Below, one piece after another: positions 1 through 8,194 of a stretch of 32,000 bases of DNA. The DNA lies in assembly GCF_000025685.1 (NCBI RefSeq), contig NC_013967.1, positions 1,920,001 through 1,952,000 on the forward strand, written 5' to 3'. Below the pieces are notes generated by a model. The model searched no databases, was not told the origin of the DNA, and saw only the letters and a list, made by a program, of their open reading frames with translations. The first letter of the stretch is position 1. Each line of letters opens with the position of its first letter. The stretch is from Haloferax volcanii DS2. Lineage in GTDB: Archaea > Halobacteriota > Halobacteria > Halobacteriales > Haloferacaceae. The position numbers and the translations under genes are program-made.

Positions 1-1572
1 ACCGACGATTAGCCCGACCGGGAGGCCGCCGCCCTCTGACTCGATTACTTCGATGGGCGTGGTGTACGTCTGGGAGACTTCCGTGTCACCGTCCGGCATC
101 TCGTACTGGAAGTCGAACGAGACCGGGTAGCGCTTCGGCAGCGCGTTGGCCCCGGCGCTCAGCGCAATCGTGAACTCTTCGGATTCTCCCGGCGGGAGTT
201 CGCTGATGATTCCCTCGTCGTTGCCGCTACTGAGCGGGTCGCTGACGAACGCCTTCGCTTCGATGTTCGTGAGCGGCTCGTCGCCGTTGTTGGTGACCCG
301 AACGCGGAGCGCTCTCTCACTGCCCGCTTCGATGGTGTTGTTGGCGACCTCGACGACGAAGCGGTCCCGATGCGGCGCGATTTCGGCGTTGGTCGTGAGA
401 CTGTCGCTGACCCGCGTGTTGCCGCGGCTGTTGCGGTACGCCACCGAGAGGTTGAGCTGTTGGACGTTCGCGTTCGCGGCGTCACTCACGCCGACCTCGT
501 ACGAGAAGTCGGCGCTGTCGCCGGGTTCGAGGTCCGGCAGCGCGTACTCGGACGTCTCGACGTTGATGTTCGGGTTGTTCGAACTGAACCGGAGCACCGG
601 GTCGTCGACGCGTTTCGGCCCGTTGTTGATGACCGTCCCCGAGACCGTTCCGTCCGCGCCGACACGGAGGTTCGTAGAGACGTTTTCGAGGGCGAAGCTC
701 TGTTCTTCAGCGGCGGTGACGCCGATGTTCAGCGTTCGCGACGTTCGAGCGATGCCGTCCGTATCGGTGTAGTCGACGTCGAGATTAACGGTGTAGCCGC
801 GAACCGTTGCGTCCTCGGCGAGCGATACCGTGTAGTTGACCGTCCGACGTTCGCCGACGGCCCAGCGGCCGACCTGCGCGGTCGAACTCGCCGAGCCCGT
901 CCCGAACGTGAGTTCGTCGCTCCGCGAGGTCGCCGTGACGCTCGCTTCGGTCGCGGCGCGGGTGCCGGTGTTTTCGATCGTCACGGAGAGGTCGCCGGTG
1001 TTCCCGACCTGCGCCGTCGACGACGTCTCGACGACTTCGAACCGTGGCTGGTCGCGCACGCGAACCGTCACGTAGTGGGTTCTCGTCCGCGTGTTGTCCG
1101 TGTACTCGGCCCCCGACGGGTCGTAATCGACGAGTCGGGTGTACGTGTACGACACCTCGACCGGGATTCGATACGTCCCGGGGGTCGCGTTCTCGGAGAC
1201 CGTGATATCTATCGGCGAGAGGTCGACGGTCCCCATCGGGACGTTTCCAGCGCCGATTGTGCCGGTGTTAATCTCGACCGGGGCGTCCCCCGGGCGTGCC
1301 TCGACCGTGACGCCACGGGCCGTTGTCACGCGACTCTCGTATCGTTCCGGACCCGATTGGTCGATCTCACCGTTGTTTTGGAGCGTGAGCCTGAGCTGGG
1401 ACTGCGTTCCGGGCTCGAACTCACTCGTCGACGTGAAGACGTCGATGTCGGGAGAGCCGTACACTTGCCCCGAACTCGCGGTCTGGGCGACGACTGGAGC
1501 GACCATCGAGGTAGTCAGCAGGGAGACGAGACAGAGAGCGAGTAGCGTAGAACGAACTGTGTTCCTGTACAT
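1..1572 (-). CDS. COG1361/CARDB-type surface (S-layer-domain) protein, partial. Start ATG at 1572-1570; the C-terminal end runs off the window start.
   Basis: Absent from the ORF track because there is no stop inside the window. My reverse-strand translation is open for all 524 codons. It reads MYRNTVRSTLLALCLVSLLTTSMVAPVVAQTASS (Sec-like signal) ... VSENATPGTYRIPVEVSYTY ... THYVTVRVRDQPRFEVVETS ... AKAFVSDPLSSGNDEGIIS ... TPIEVIESEGGGLPVGLIVG. It is colinear with the 540-aa product of 16171..17793 (PGTYEIPVEVQYKY, EDRPQFEVVSE, KLFVSDPISTSDDG, SSGGLPVPMSVLG). The + ORFs 146..772 and 370..1545 are its Arg/Val-rich antisense shadows. Confidence 0.85.
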   Translation of the reverse strand, partial: MYRNTVRSTLLALCLVSLLTTSMVAPVVAQTASSGQVYGSPDIDVFTSTSEFEPGTQSQLRLTLQNNGEIDQSGPERYESRVTTARGVTVEARPGDAPVEINTGTIGAGNVPMGTVDLSPIDITVSENATPGTYRIPVEVSYTYTRLVDYDPSGAEYTDNTRTRTHYVTVRVRDQPRFEVVETSSTAQVGNTGDLSVTIENTGTRAATEASVTATSRSDELTFGTGSASSTAQVGRWAVGERRTVNYTVSLAEDATVRGYTVNLDVDYTDTDGIARTSRTLNIGVTAAEEQSFALENVSTNLRVGADGTVSGTVINNGPKRVDDPVLRFSSNNPNINVETSEYALPDLEPGDSADFSYEVGVSDAANANVQQLNLSVAYRNSRGNTRVSDSLTTNAEIAPHRDRFVVEVANNTIEAGSERALRVRVTNNGDEPLTNIEAKAFVSDPLSSGNDEGIISELPPGESEEFTIALSAGANALPKRYPVSFDFQYEMPDGDTEVSQTYTTPIEVIESEGGGLPVGLIVG

Positions 1573-1642
1573 CAGTACGTTTCAGACGTGTGATGGAGGG
1601 AAGTGATTTGACAAGACGCTCTGAGTAAAACCTGTGTATACA

Positions 1643-1661
1643 TCTCTACTAACAGTAGAGA
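1643..1661. repeat. Perfect 8-bp inverted repeat TCTCTACT-AAC-AGTAGAGA in a divergent promoter region
   Basis: Read directly at 1643..1661. It lies between the minus-strand start at 1572 and the plus-strand start at 1888. Confidence 0.6.
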
Positions 1662-1713
1662 CACACAACTAATATCTTTTGTGGACACCGGTCGGTGAAT
1701 CAACAAGAAGCCC

Positions 1714-1745
1714 CTCGTTTGACGGGGTCAATCACGTCAAACGAG
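1714..1745. repeat. Perfect 11-bp inverted repeat CTCGTTTGACG-N10-CGTCAAACGAG
   Basis: Read directly: 1714..1724 is the exact reverse complement of 1735..1745. It sits in the same divergent intergenic region and could be an operator or an RNA hairpin. Confidence 0.6.
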
Positions 1746-1887
1746 CGGTTATCGGGGACCCGTACTGACCGATGACGGAATCCAAACGAAAAACTAGATT
1801 CTCAACTGACCTGTGGGCCGCCTGCAGGCGTTTGAGGATGGTGACTGTGACAGAAAGTACTTACTGCCGGACCAGATAGTCAGGGGT

Positions 1888-3462
1888 ATGTGTCCACGGA
1901 CCCGCTCGATACGAACATTATCTGTTATTTTCTTGTTGATTCTCGGCCTCATGGTGATTCCCGGCGGTGCAATCGCGGTGTCTGCGTCGGAATCGACAGA
2001 CGAGTCGGTGCGGTTCGCGGACGCCCAACGGATCGAACAGCAAGGCGACTTCGTAAAGCGCACGCTCGTCCTCAACAACACCGACGAAGCCAGACTCCAG
2101 ATCGCATCTGCGGAAGGTGACTTCTCGGCGACCGTCTCGGCGACCGACGGCTCCGGCGACGGCGCTGTCACCGTGGTGTTCGACACGCGAAACGCAAACG
2201 ACCCCGACGCCGCCTTCCGCACGGCGGACGCAAACGACACTATCTCGGTCCTCACTCGGCCGAGCGCGACCGCCCCGGAGACGCTCCCGACCGGACGGTA
2301 CAACGTCATCGCCTCCGCCGGCCAGACCCGGATTGCGGACCGTCTCTGGATTGAGCCCCCATCGGTCCGGGGGAGCGCGGCGTGTTCGGTACCGGCCACT
2401 CAGCAACCCGATACCATCGACTGTACCGATAGATCACGCGAGGGTGGGTCCCCCGTCGTTGCCGTCGGCGACGACGCGGTCGTGCAGTACCGTGTGAGTG
2501 GGCTCGAAAGCTCCGTTCAACGCCCCGCTCCCGGCACGCGGTCGGTGTTCGCGCGTAACGCGTCCACAGGCGCGCACACGACACACGTTGTACAGTGGTC
2601 GCCACAGGCGGACGTTCGGACGAGTCAAACGCTCCGAGTCAACTACCGAGAGGGGAGGTCGCCGTCCCTGCACAGCTCGCGGTTAATCGACCACATCGGG
2701 ATTGATACGGATGCCGACGGTGAGATCGACCGGTCGCTCAGAACCGCAGTCAACCGGTATCAGGTCACGTCCACCGGCGGGCTCACAGTCGCGTTCGACG
2801 AACCGATATCAGTCGCAGACAACGAGACGCTGCTGTTCGAATACCACGTCGTCAACCCCCGTACGGAAGGTGTGACCGACGCCTCGGTGTCGTTCGGAGG
2901 CGAGACCGTCCACAGTAGTCTCGAATACGCACCGAGTGGTCTCGGTAACGTGGGCCCCGGTGTCGACCTCCGGGTTGAGAGCTCCGAGATGGATCTCATC
3001 TCCCCACAGACGGTGTTCGATGTCGCATACGACGCGGAGACCGACACGCTCAACGTCGTCGCCGACTCCACGCGCTTGGAAACCGGGACGTACAACGTGA
3101 CAGCCGTCATCGACACCGACATCCACGCCGACGGCGACCGGGTCGTACTGACCGAGGCGTTCACGGTCGCCGAACCGTCGGTGGACAACCTCTCGGCCAC
3201 CATGGCCGGCACGAAGCTCAACGTCTCGGCGCAGACCAACCTCGCTCCACAGACCAAGATGGACATCGACCTCACGATGTCACAGGAGGGCACCACGTAT
3301 TTCTCACGGTGTCTGACGACGGTCGGTCAGAACGGTGTCGTCGCCTGTGACTTCACACCGCCAAGAACTGGGACCGCGAACGTCTCGATTAGCTACAACG
3401 ACACGGTCGTCGCGGGACCGAAAGAGATCGAGATCGAATCGAACGTGACCACTCGCGGGTAA
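1888..3462 (+). CDS. Secreted surface glycoprotein-like protein (524 aa) with a DxDxDGxID module
   Basis: Track ORF 1813..3462 trimmed to the ATG at 1888, which begins a signal peptide (MCPRTRSIRTLSVIFLLILGLMVIPGGAIAVSASES). The product is acidic and rich in N-x-S/T sequons. It has csg-like TGxY-x-V strands (PTGRYNVIAS, ETGTYNVTAVID). Its module IGIDTDADGEIDRSL...LLFEYHVVNPRTEG is shared with the 18050..21178 product. Confidence 0.8.
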   Translation: MCPRTRSIRTLSVIFLLILGLMVIPGGAIAVSASESTDESVRFADAQRIEQQGDFVKRTLVLNNTDEARLQIASAEGDFSATVSATDGSGDGAVTVVFDTRNANDPDAAFRTADANDTISVLTRPSATAPETLPTGRYNVIASAGQTRIADRLWIEPPSVRGSAACSVPATQQPDTIDCTDRSREGGSPVVAVGDDAVVQYRVSGLESSVQRPAPGTRSVFARNASTGAHTTHVVQWSPQADVRTSQTLRVNYREGRSPSLHSSRLIDHIGIDTDADGEIDRSLRTAVNRYQVTSTGGLTVAFDEPISVADNETLLFEYHVVNPRTEGVTDASVSFGGETVHSSLEYAPSGLGNVGPGVDLRVESSEMDLISPQTVFDVAYDAETDTLNVVADSTRLETGTYNVTAVIDTDIHADGDRVVLTEAFTVAEPSVDNLSATMAGTKLNVSAQTNLAPQTKMDIDLTMSQEGTTYFSRCLTTVGQNGVVACDFTPPRTGTANVSISYNDTVVAGPKEIEIESNVTTRG

Positions 3463-3814
3463 CGCCTACTTCCGGGCACTACCGGCCACTCGCGACTGAA
3501 GTCGTGACTTGCCCGCAGACTCTCGGTCTGACTCGTCTCGGCGGTCGTGGTCTCCGTTCTTGCGTCTCGTCGACCTGTCGAGGATGAGGCGGCTCTCGCC
3601 GTGGCCGTTCTTGTCGTGTCGTTGTCGGTGGTCTGAGGTCGATACCCCGCTGGAGCCCGTTTTTCGGTCGCCTTTCTCCGAGAGTTGACGGGCATCGTTC
3701 GCCTAACTTCACCTGTTACGTGCGCGCGAGGGATTGCGTCCCGAACGCCAAGTGGGAGACGGGAACGGGGACAGCGACCAAACATGCAATAGAAACAGAA
3801 AGCATTTACCAAGG

Positions 3815-3912
3815 CCGCTTATATCGTTCTACCGTACCCCTGCCCATCCCCCGCTAGTAGGGATCCGCGTTATAGCGAACTGCGCGGAAAATACTGGCGC
3901 TACAAGTACACT
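3815..3912 (+). promoter_or_regulatory. Candidate csg promoter region (TATA-like TTATAT at 3819..3824 and TTATAG at 3870..3875)
   Basis: These are the AT-rich hexamers upstream of the csg ATG at 3913. TTATAG ends 37 nt before the ATG, which would be compatible with a short 5' UTR. No TSS data are available. Confidence 0.3.
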
Positions 3913-6396
3913 ATGACAAAGCTCAAAGATCAAACGCGTGCGATACTTCTCGCCACGCTGATGGTAACTTCCGTCTTTGCGGGAGCCATCGCGTTCACGG
4001 GAAGTGCCGCCGCGGAGCGTGGAAACCTCGACGCTGACAGCGAATCGTTCAACAAGACAATCCAATCCGGCGACCGCGTCTTCCTCGGTGAGGAGATTAG
4101 CACCGACGCCGGCCTCGGTGCTTCGAATCCGCTTCTGACGGGTACCGCGGGCAACTCGGAAGGTGTCTCTCTCGACCTTTCCTCGCCCATCCCGCAGACT
4201 ACGGAGAACCAGCCGCTTGGCACGTACGACGTTGACGGCTCTGGCTCCGCCACGACCCCCAACGTCACGCTGCTGGCGCCGCGCATCACTGACAGCGAAA
4301 TCCTGACGTCCTCCGGTGGCGACGTCACCGGCTCCGCTATCAGCTCCAGCGACGCTGGTAACCTCTACGTCAACGCTGACTACAACTACGAGTCGGCCGA
4401 GAAGGTCGAAGTGACCGTCGAAGACCCGAGCGGAACGGACATCACCAACGAGGTCCTGAGCGGCACGGACACCTTCGTTGACGACGGCTCGATTGGCAGC
4501 ACCTCGTCGACCGGCGGTGGCGTCGGCATCGACATGTCCGATCAGGACGCTGGCGAGTACACGATCATCCTCGAAGGCGCTGAAGACCTCGACTTCGGTG
4601 ACGCTACTGAAACGATGACCCTCACGATCTCGTCGCAGGACGAGATCGGCATCGAACTCGACAGCGAATCCGTGACGCAGGGTACTGACGTTCAGTACAC
4701 CGTCACGAACGGCATCGACGGCAACGAGCACGTTGTCGCTATGGACCTCTCCGACCTCCAGAACGACGCCACGACGGAACAGGCCAAGGAGGTCTTCCGT
4801 AACATCGGCGACACCTCGGAAGTCGGCATCGCGAACAGCAGCGCTACGAACACGAGCGGCTCCTCCACGGGCCCGACCGTTGAGACCGCTGACATCGCGT
4901 ACGCAGTCGTCGAAATCGACGGTGCGAGCGCCGTTGGCGGGATTGAAACGCAGTACCTCGACGACAGCGAAGTTGACCTCGAAGTCTACGACGCTGGCGT
5001 GAGCGCGACTGCAGCAGTCGGCCAGGACGCGACGAACGACATCACGCTCACCATCGAAGAAGGCGGTACGACGCTTTCGAGCCCGACCGGTCAGTACGTC
5101 GTTGGCTCGGAAGTCGACATTAACGGGACGGCTACCAGCTCCGACAGCGTCGCAATCTACGTCCGCGACGATGGCGACTGGCAGCTCCTCGAAATCGGTG
5201 GCGACAACGAAATCAGTGTCGACTCCGACGACACGTTCGAAGAGGAAGACATCGCGCTCTCGGGGCTCTCCGGCGACGGTAGCAGTATCCTGTCGCTGAC
5301 GGGTACCTACCGCATCGGTGTCATCGACGCGTCGGACGCTGACGTTGGCGGCGACGGTTCCGTCGACGACTCGCTTACGACGTCCGAATTCACCAGCGGT
5401 GTGAGCAGCAGTAACTCGATTCGTGTGACCGACCAGGCCCTTACGGGTCAGTTCACCACGATCAACGGTCAGGTCGCTCCTGTCGAGACCGGCACGGTTG
5501 ACATCAACGGTACCGCCTCCGGTGCCAACTCCGTCCTCGTCATCTTCGTCGACGAGCGCGGTAACGTCAACTACCAGGAAGTGAGCGTTGACAGCGACGG
5601 TACCTACGACGAGGACGACATCACTGTCGGCCTCACGCAGGGCCGGGTCACCGCCCACATCCTCTCGGTCGGTCGCGACAGCGCTATCGGTGACGGCTCG
5701 CTGCCGTCCGGCCCGAGCAACGGCGCAACCCTCAACGACCTGACGGGCTACCTCGACACGCTCGACCAAAACAACAACAACGGTGAGCAGATCAACGAGC
5801 TCATCGCCTCCGAAACGGTTGACGAGACGGCGAGCGACGACCTGATCGTCACCGAGACGTTCCGTCTGGCCGAGTCCTCGACGTCCATCGACTCGATCTA
5901 CCCGGACGCCGCTGAAGCGGCTGGCATCAACCCGGTCGCAACCGGTGAAACGATGGTCATCGCTGGCTCGACGAACCTCAAGCCGGACGACAACACCATC
6001 AGCATCGAAGTGACGAATGAAGACGGCACGTCCGTCGCACTCGAAGACACTGACGAGTGGAACAACGACGGCCAGTGGATGGTCGAAATTGACACCACTG
6101 ACTTCGAGACGGGTACGTTCACCGTGGAAGCCGACGACGGCGACAACACGGACACCGTGAACGTCGAAGTCGTCTCCGAGCGTGAGGACACCACGACGTC
6201 CTCCGACAACGCGACGGACACGACGACGACCACGGACGGACCCACGGAAACCACGACGACCGCAGAGCCGACTGAGACCACCGAAGAGCCGACTGAGGAG
6301 ACCACCACGTCCTCCAACACGCCCGGCTTCGGTATCGCAGTCGCTCTCGTCGCACTCGTCGGCGCGGCCCTTCTCGCACTCCGCCGCGAGAACTAA
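3913..6396 (+). CDS. csg: S-layer glycoprotein (cell surface glycoprotein), 827-aa precursor
   Basis: Signal peptide [34 protein letters not shown] followed by [15 protein letters not shown] (sequon at mature Asn13). The protein is highly acidic, with a Thr-rich stalk ([43 protein letters not shown]) and a PGF-CTERM tail ([26 protein letters not shown]). It matches my recollection of H. volcanii Csg, which is also 827 aa. Confidence 0.97.
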
Positions 6397-6454
6397 CGCC
6401 GCCACCACTCCTCGTCACTCCGACGAGGACGTGACAACAGCAGACGAGTAATCG

Positions 6455-6484
6455 CCGGACTCGTTCCGGTCTTTTATTTTCTTT
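6455..6484 (+). terminator. Candidate csg terminator: short hairpin CCGGA-CTCGT-TCCGG followed by the T-tract TCTTTTATTTTCTTT
   Basis: Read directly about 60 nt after the csg stop. Oligo-T tracts are the established archaeal termination signal. Confidence 0.55.
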
Positions 6485-6765
6485 CCCTACTCCACCGAGA
6501 GACATCTCCGAGAGACCGCCATCGCTTCGCACGGAACTCAGCGACCGCTGGTGTGCAGACTCAGGGTCGTGCCGAGCGAGACGACTCGTTGCGGCCTTCC
6601 GGTGAAACGGGGGTGAATCCGGACGCCTGTGCAACCCGGTTCTGCGAAACGCGTCGTGCGACAGGAAGCCGTCGAGAGCTCAGAGTTCCTCGACCGGTAG
6701 CCAGAACGCAGAGGACGTACGGTACTCGAAAACAGTGCAGCGCCGGCCGTGCAAAGCAGGCCGTC

Positions 6766-7521
6766 TCACTCGGTGACAGGGAGGCTACCCGTGAGGAGCT
6801 GTAAGAACGCCTCGGCAAACGTCGTTTTTGCGCTCCAAATCGCGATTTCGGGCGCTGATCGATTGCTGTGGACGCTCAGCAGGAAACTATCCGAATCAAC
6901 GAGTAGCAACCGGACCGCGTGCTCACTTTTGGACTGTTGTGGCGGGACCGACACGCTGGACACACACTCGGTCTCCCTCCACGGCTCTGCGATCTCTTGG
7001 CCGTTATTCTGGAGCAGGAGTACTGGGACCCCCCGAGAACAGCACGACCGGACCGAACTCAGGAGTTCGGCATCCGGATGCGCGAGGTCCTTGGCACCGT
7101 AGATCACTCGCGCTTCGGCTTCGTCGATGAGTTGACTGGCCCGGCCGATAATCGCCGGAGTACCCGTAATGGTCCACACGTCTTCGCTCTGTTCAGCCGA
7201 CGGTGCTGTCTGCCGCTCGAGCGTCTCAAGCCGGTCGAACGCCGTGTCGCGCTTGGACTCGAACTCACGGCTGAGTTGAGACTCGACCTCGGACAGCGAG
7301 ATGGGTTGGAAGACCTGTGGGTTGGCCCGTTGAACGCTGATGAACCCTCGCGATTGTAACTCTTTGGCCGTCGTGTACACCTGTGACCGAGGCACGTCCG
7401 ACGTCTTTGCGACCTCACGCGCCGTCCCTTCCCCGAGTTCGATAAGCGCAGTAAACACGCGGGCCTCATATGTAGATAGACCGAGTTCGATGAGTGCATC
7501 AATCGCTTCGCTGTTATCCAT
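6766..7521 (-). CDS. TrmB-family transcriptional regulator (251 aa)
   Basis: The N-terminal winged HTH is typical of TrmB: MDNSEAIDALIELGLSTYEARVFTALIELGEGTAREVAKTSDVPRSQVYTTAKELQSRGFI. This is followed by a coiled-coil region and a C-terminal domain. The ATG is at 7521-7519. Confidence 0.85.
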   Translation of the reverse strand: MDNSEAIDALIELGLSTYEARVFTALIELGEGTAREVAKTSDVPRSQVYTTAKELQSRGFISVQRANPQVFQPISLSEVESQLSREFESKRDTAFDRLETLERQTAPSAEQSEDVWTITGTPAIIGRASQLIDEAEARVIYGAKDLAHPDAELLSSVRSCCSRGVPVLLLQNNGQEIAEPWRETECVSSVSVPPQQSKSEHAVRLLLVDSDSFLLSVHSNRSAPEIAIWSAKTTFAEAFLQLLTGSLPVTE

Positions 7522-7559
7522 GGATAGACTACCCCTCGGTGACTGGTAGCGGTTTGGGT

Positions 7560-8140
7560 ACTTGTCTCCGGTGGTTCAATCTATCGCCGGATGGGCTCTC
7601 ACGAGGGCAGTGGGGAGGTGGTGCCGTGATTGCCAATTCGCCGGACGTGGTGCGGTGAACGTCTATACGCCAAGCGCGGCGAACGGCTTCCGCGCTACGA
7701 CCGTGTGCGAACACACCCGCTTGGGTTTCCACGCGCGGTTCTCGCACCCACAAGTCTCACGGGCCGTCTGTATATCCCGGCACCGACCGCGGAGAGCGAC
7801 CCCCGTCGGGGTGAGCGAAGTCGGGCGGGTCGGTAACCGAGATAGAGGTGCCTGAGATGTGAGTTGAGACCGAAATAGATTAGTATCGATGGCTTTGATG
7901 AAAAGAAAGGTTGGCGCTAAGCCAGCCTCTGTATGGGCAGTCATCAGTTTCGACCCGACCAGGTGTGTTAGTGGCCGGTTGTTCGATGACTGTATATGCG
8001 GGTAATCGTGTAGATTTGCGTACTCGCAACGACAGGCCAGTAACATTCCACCTTGGACAGGTGGCTCCCGACTTCGGGACCGTCTTGGCCCGCGCTCTTG
8101 GAGTCACCTCTGTTGGTCCCCCTCCGAATTTCAACGATGA
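7560..8140. other. Structured non-coding region. Candidate ncRNA(s), with strand and ends unresolved.
   Basis: The 673-bp gap (7522..8194) has no credible ORF. The GC-rich half carries several perfect hairpins: GCGCGG-N10-CCGCGC at 7674..7695, GTGTG-CGAA-CACAC at 7703..7716, ACCCC-CGTC-GGGGT at 7799..7812, and CCGACC at 7783..7788 pairing with GGTCGG at 7828..7833. An AT-richer half spans about 7860..8060. An inverted 10-mer occurs at 7816..7825 and 8067..8076. The minus strand 7947->7913 resembles the RNase P RNA CR-IV/CR-V core. Confidence 0.3.
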
Positions 8141-8194
8141 TAGCTGGGTGTGTAGATTTATCTTCGAAACGCTCGCTGGCTAGTGTATCCGAAC

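Noticed and set aside
146-1606. Plus-strand ORFs 146..772, 370..1545 and 1139..1606
   Set aside because: They are antisense or off-frame to the convincingly homologous minus-strand COG1361 CDS (1..1572). Their products are Arg-rich, non-acidic and lack motifs.
3829-6408. 859-aa minus-strand ORF covering all of csg
   Set aside because: It is an antisense shadow of a high-GC3 gene. The product is Arg/Val/Gly/Asp-rich low complexity with no signal or domain logic, whereas the plus-strand frame encodes the recognisable S-layer glycoprotein.
7560-8140. Firm call of the canonical RNase P RNA gene (rnpB)
   Set aside because: The exact CR-I box GGAAAGUCC is absent and there is no room for an S-domain between the CR-I-like and CR-V-like motifs. 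G+C is low for a haloarchaeal structural RNA, and similar partial matches appear on both strands because of an inverted 10-mer. It is reported only as a hypothesis needing a covariance-model search.
7663-8183. Small ORFs in the 7522..8194 gap (127 aa minus; 90, 97 and 118 aa plus)
   Set aside because: Their composition is non-acidic and Cys/Arg/His-rich, unlike the haloarchaeal proteome. They overlap one another in different frames and show no recognisable motifs.
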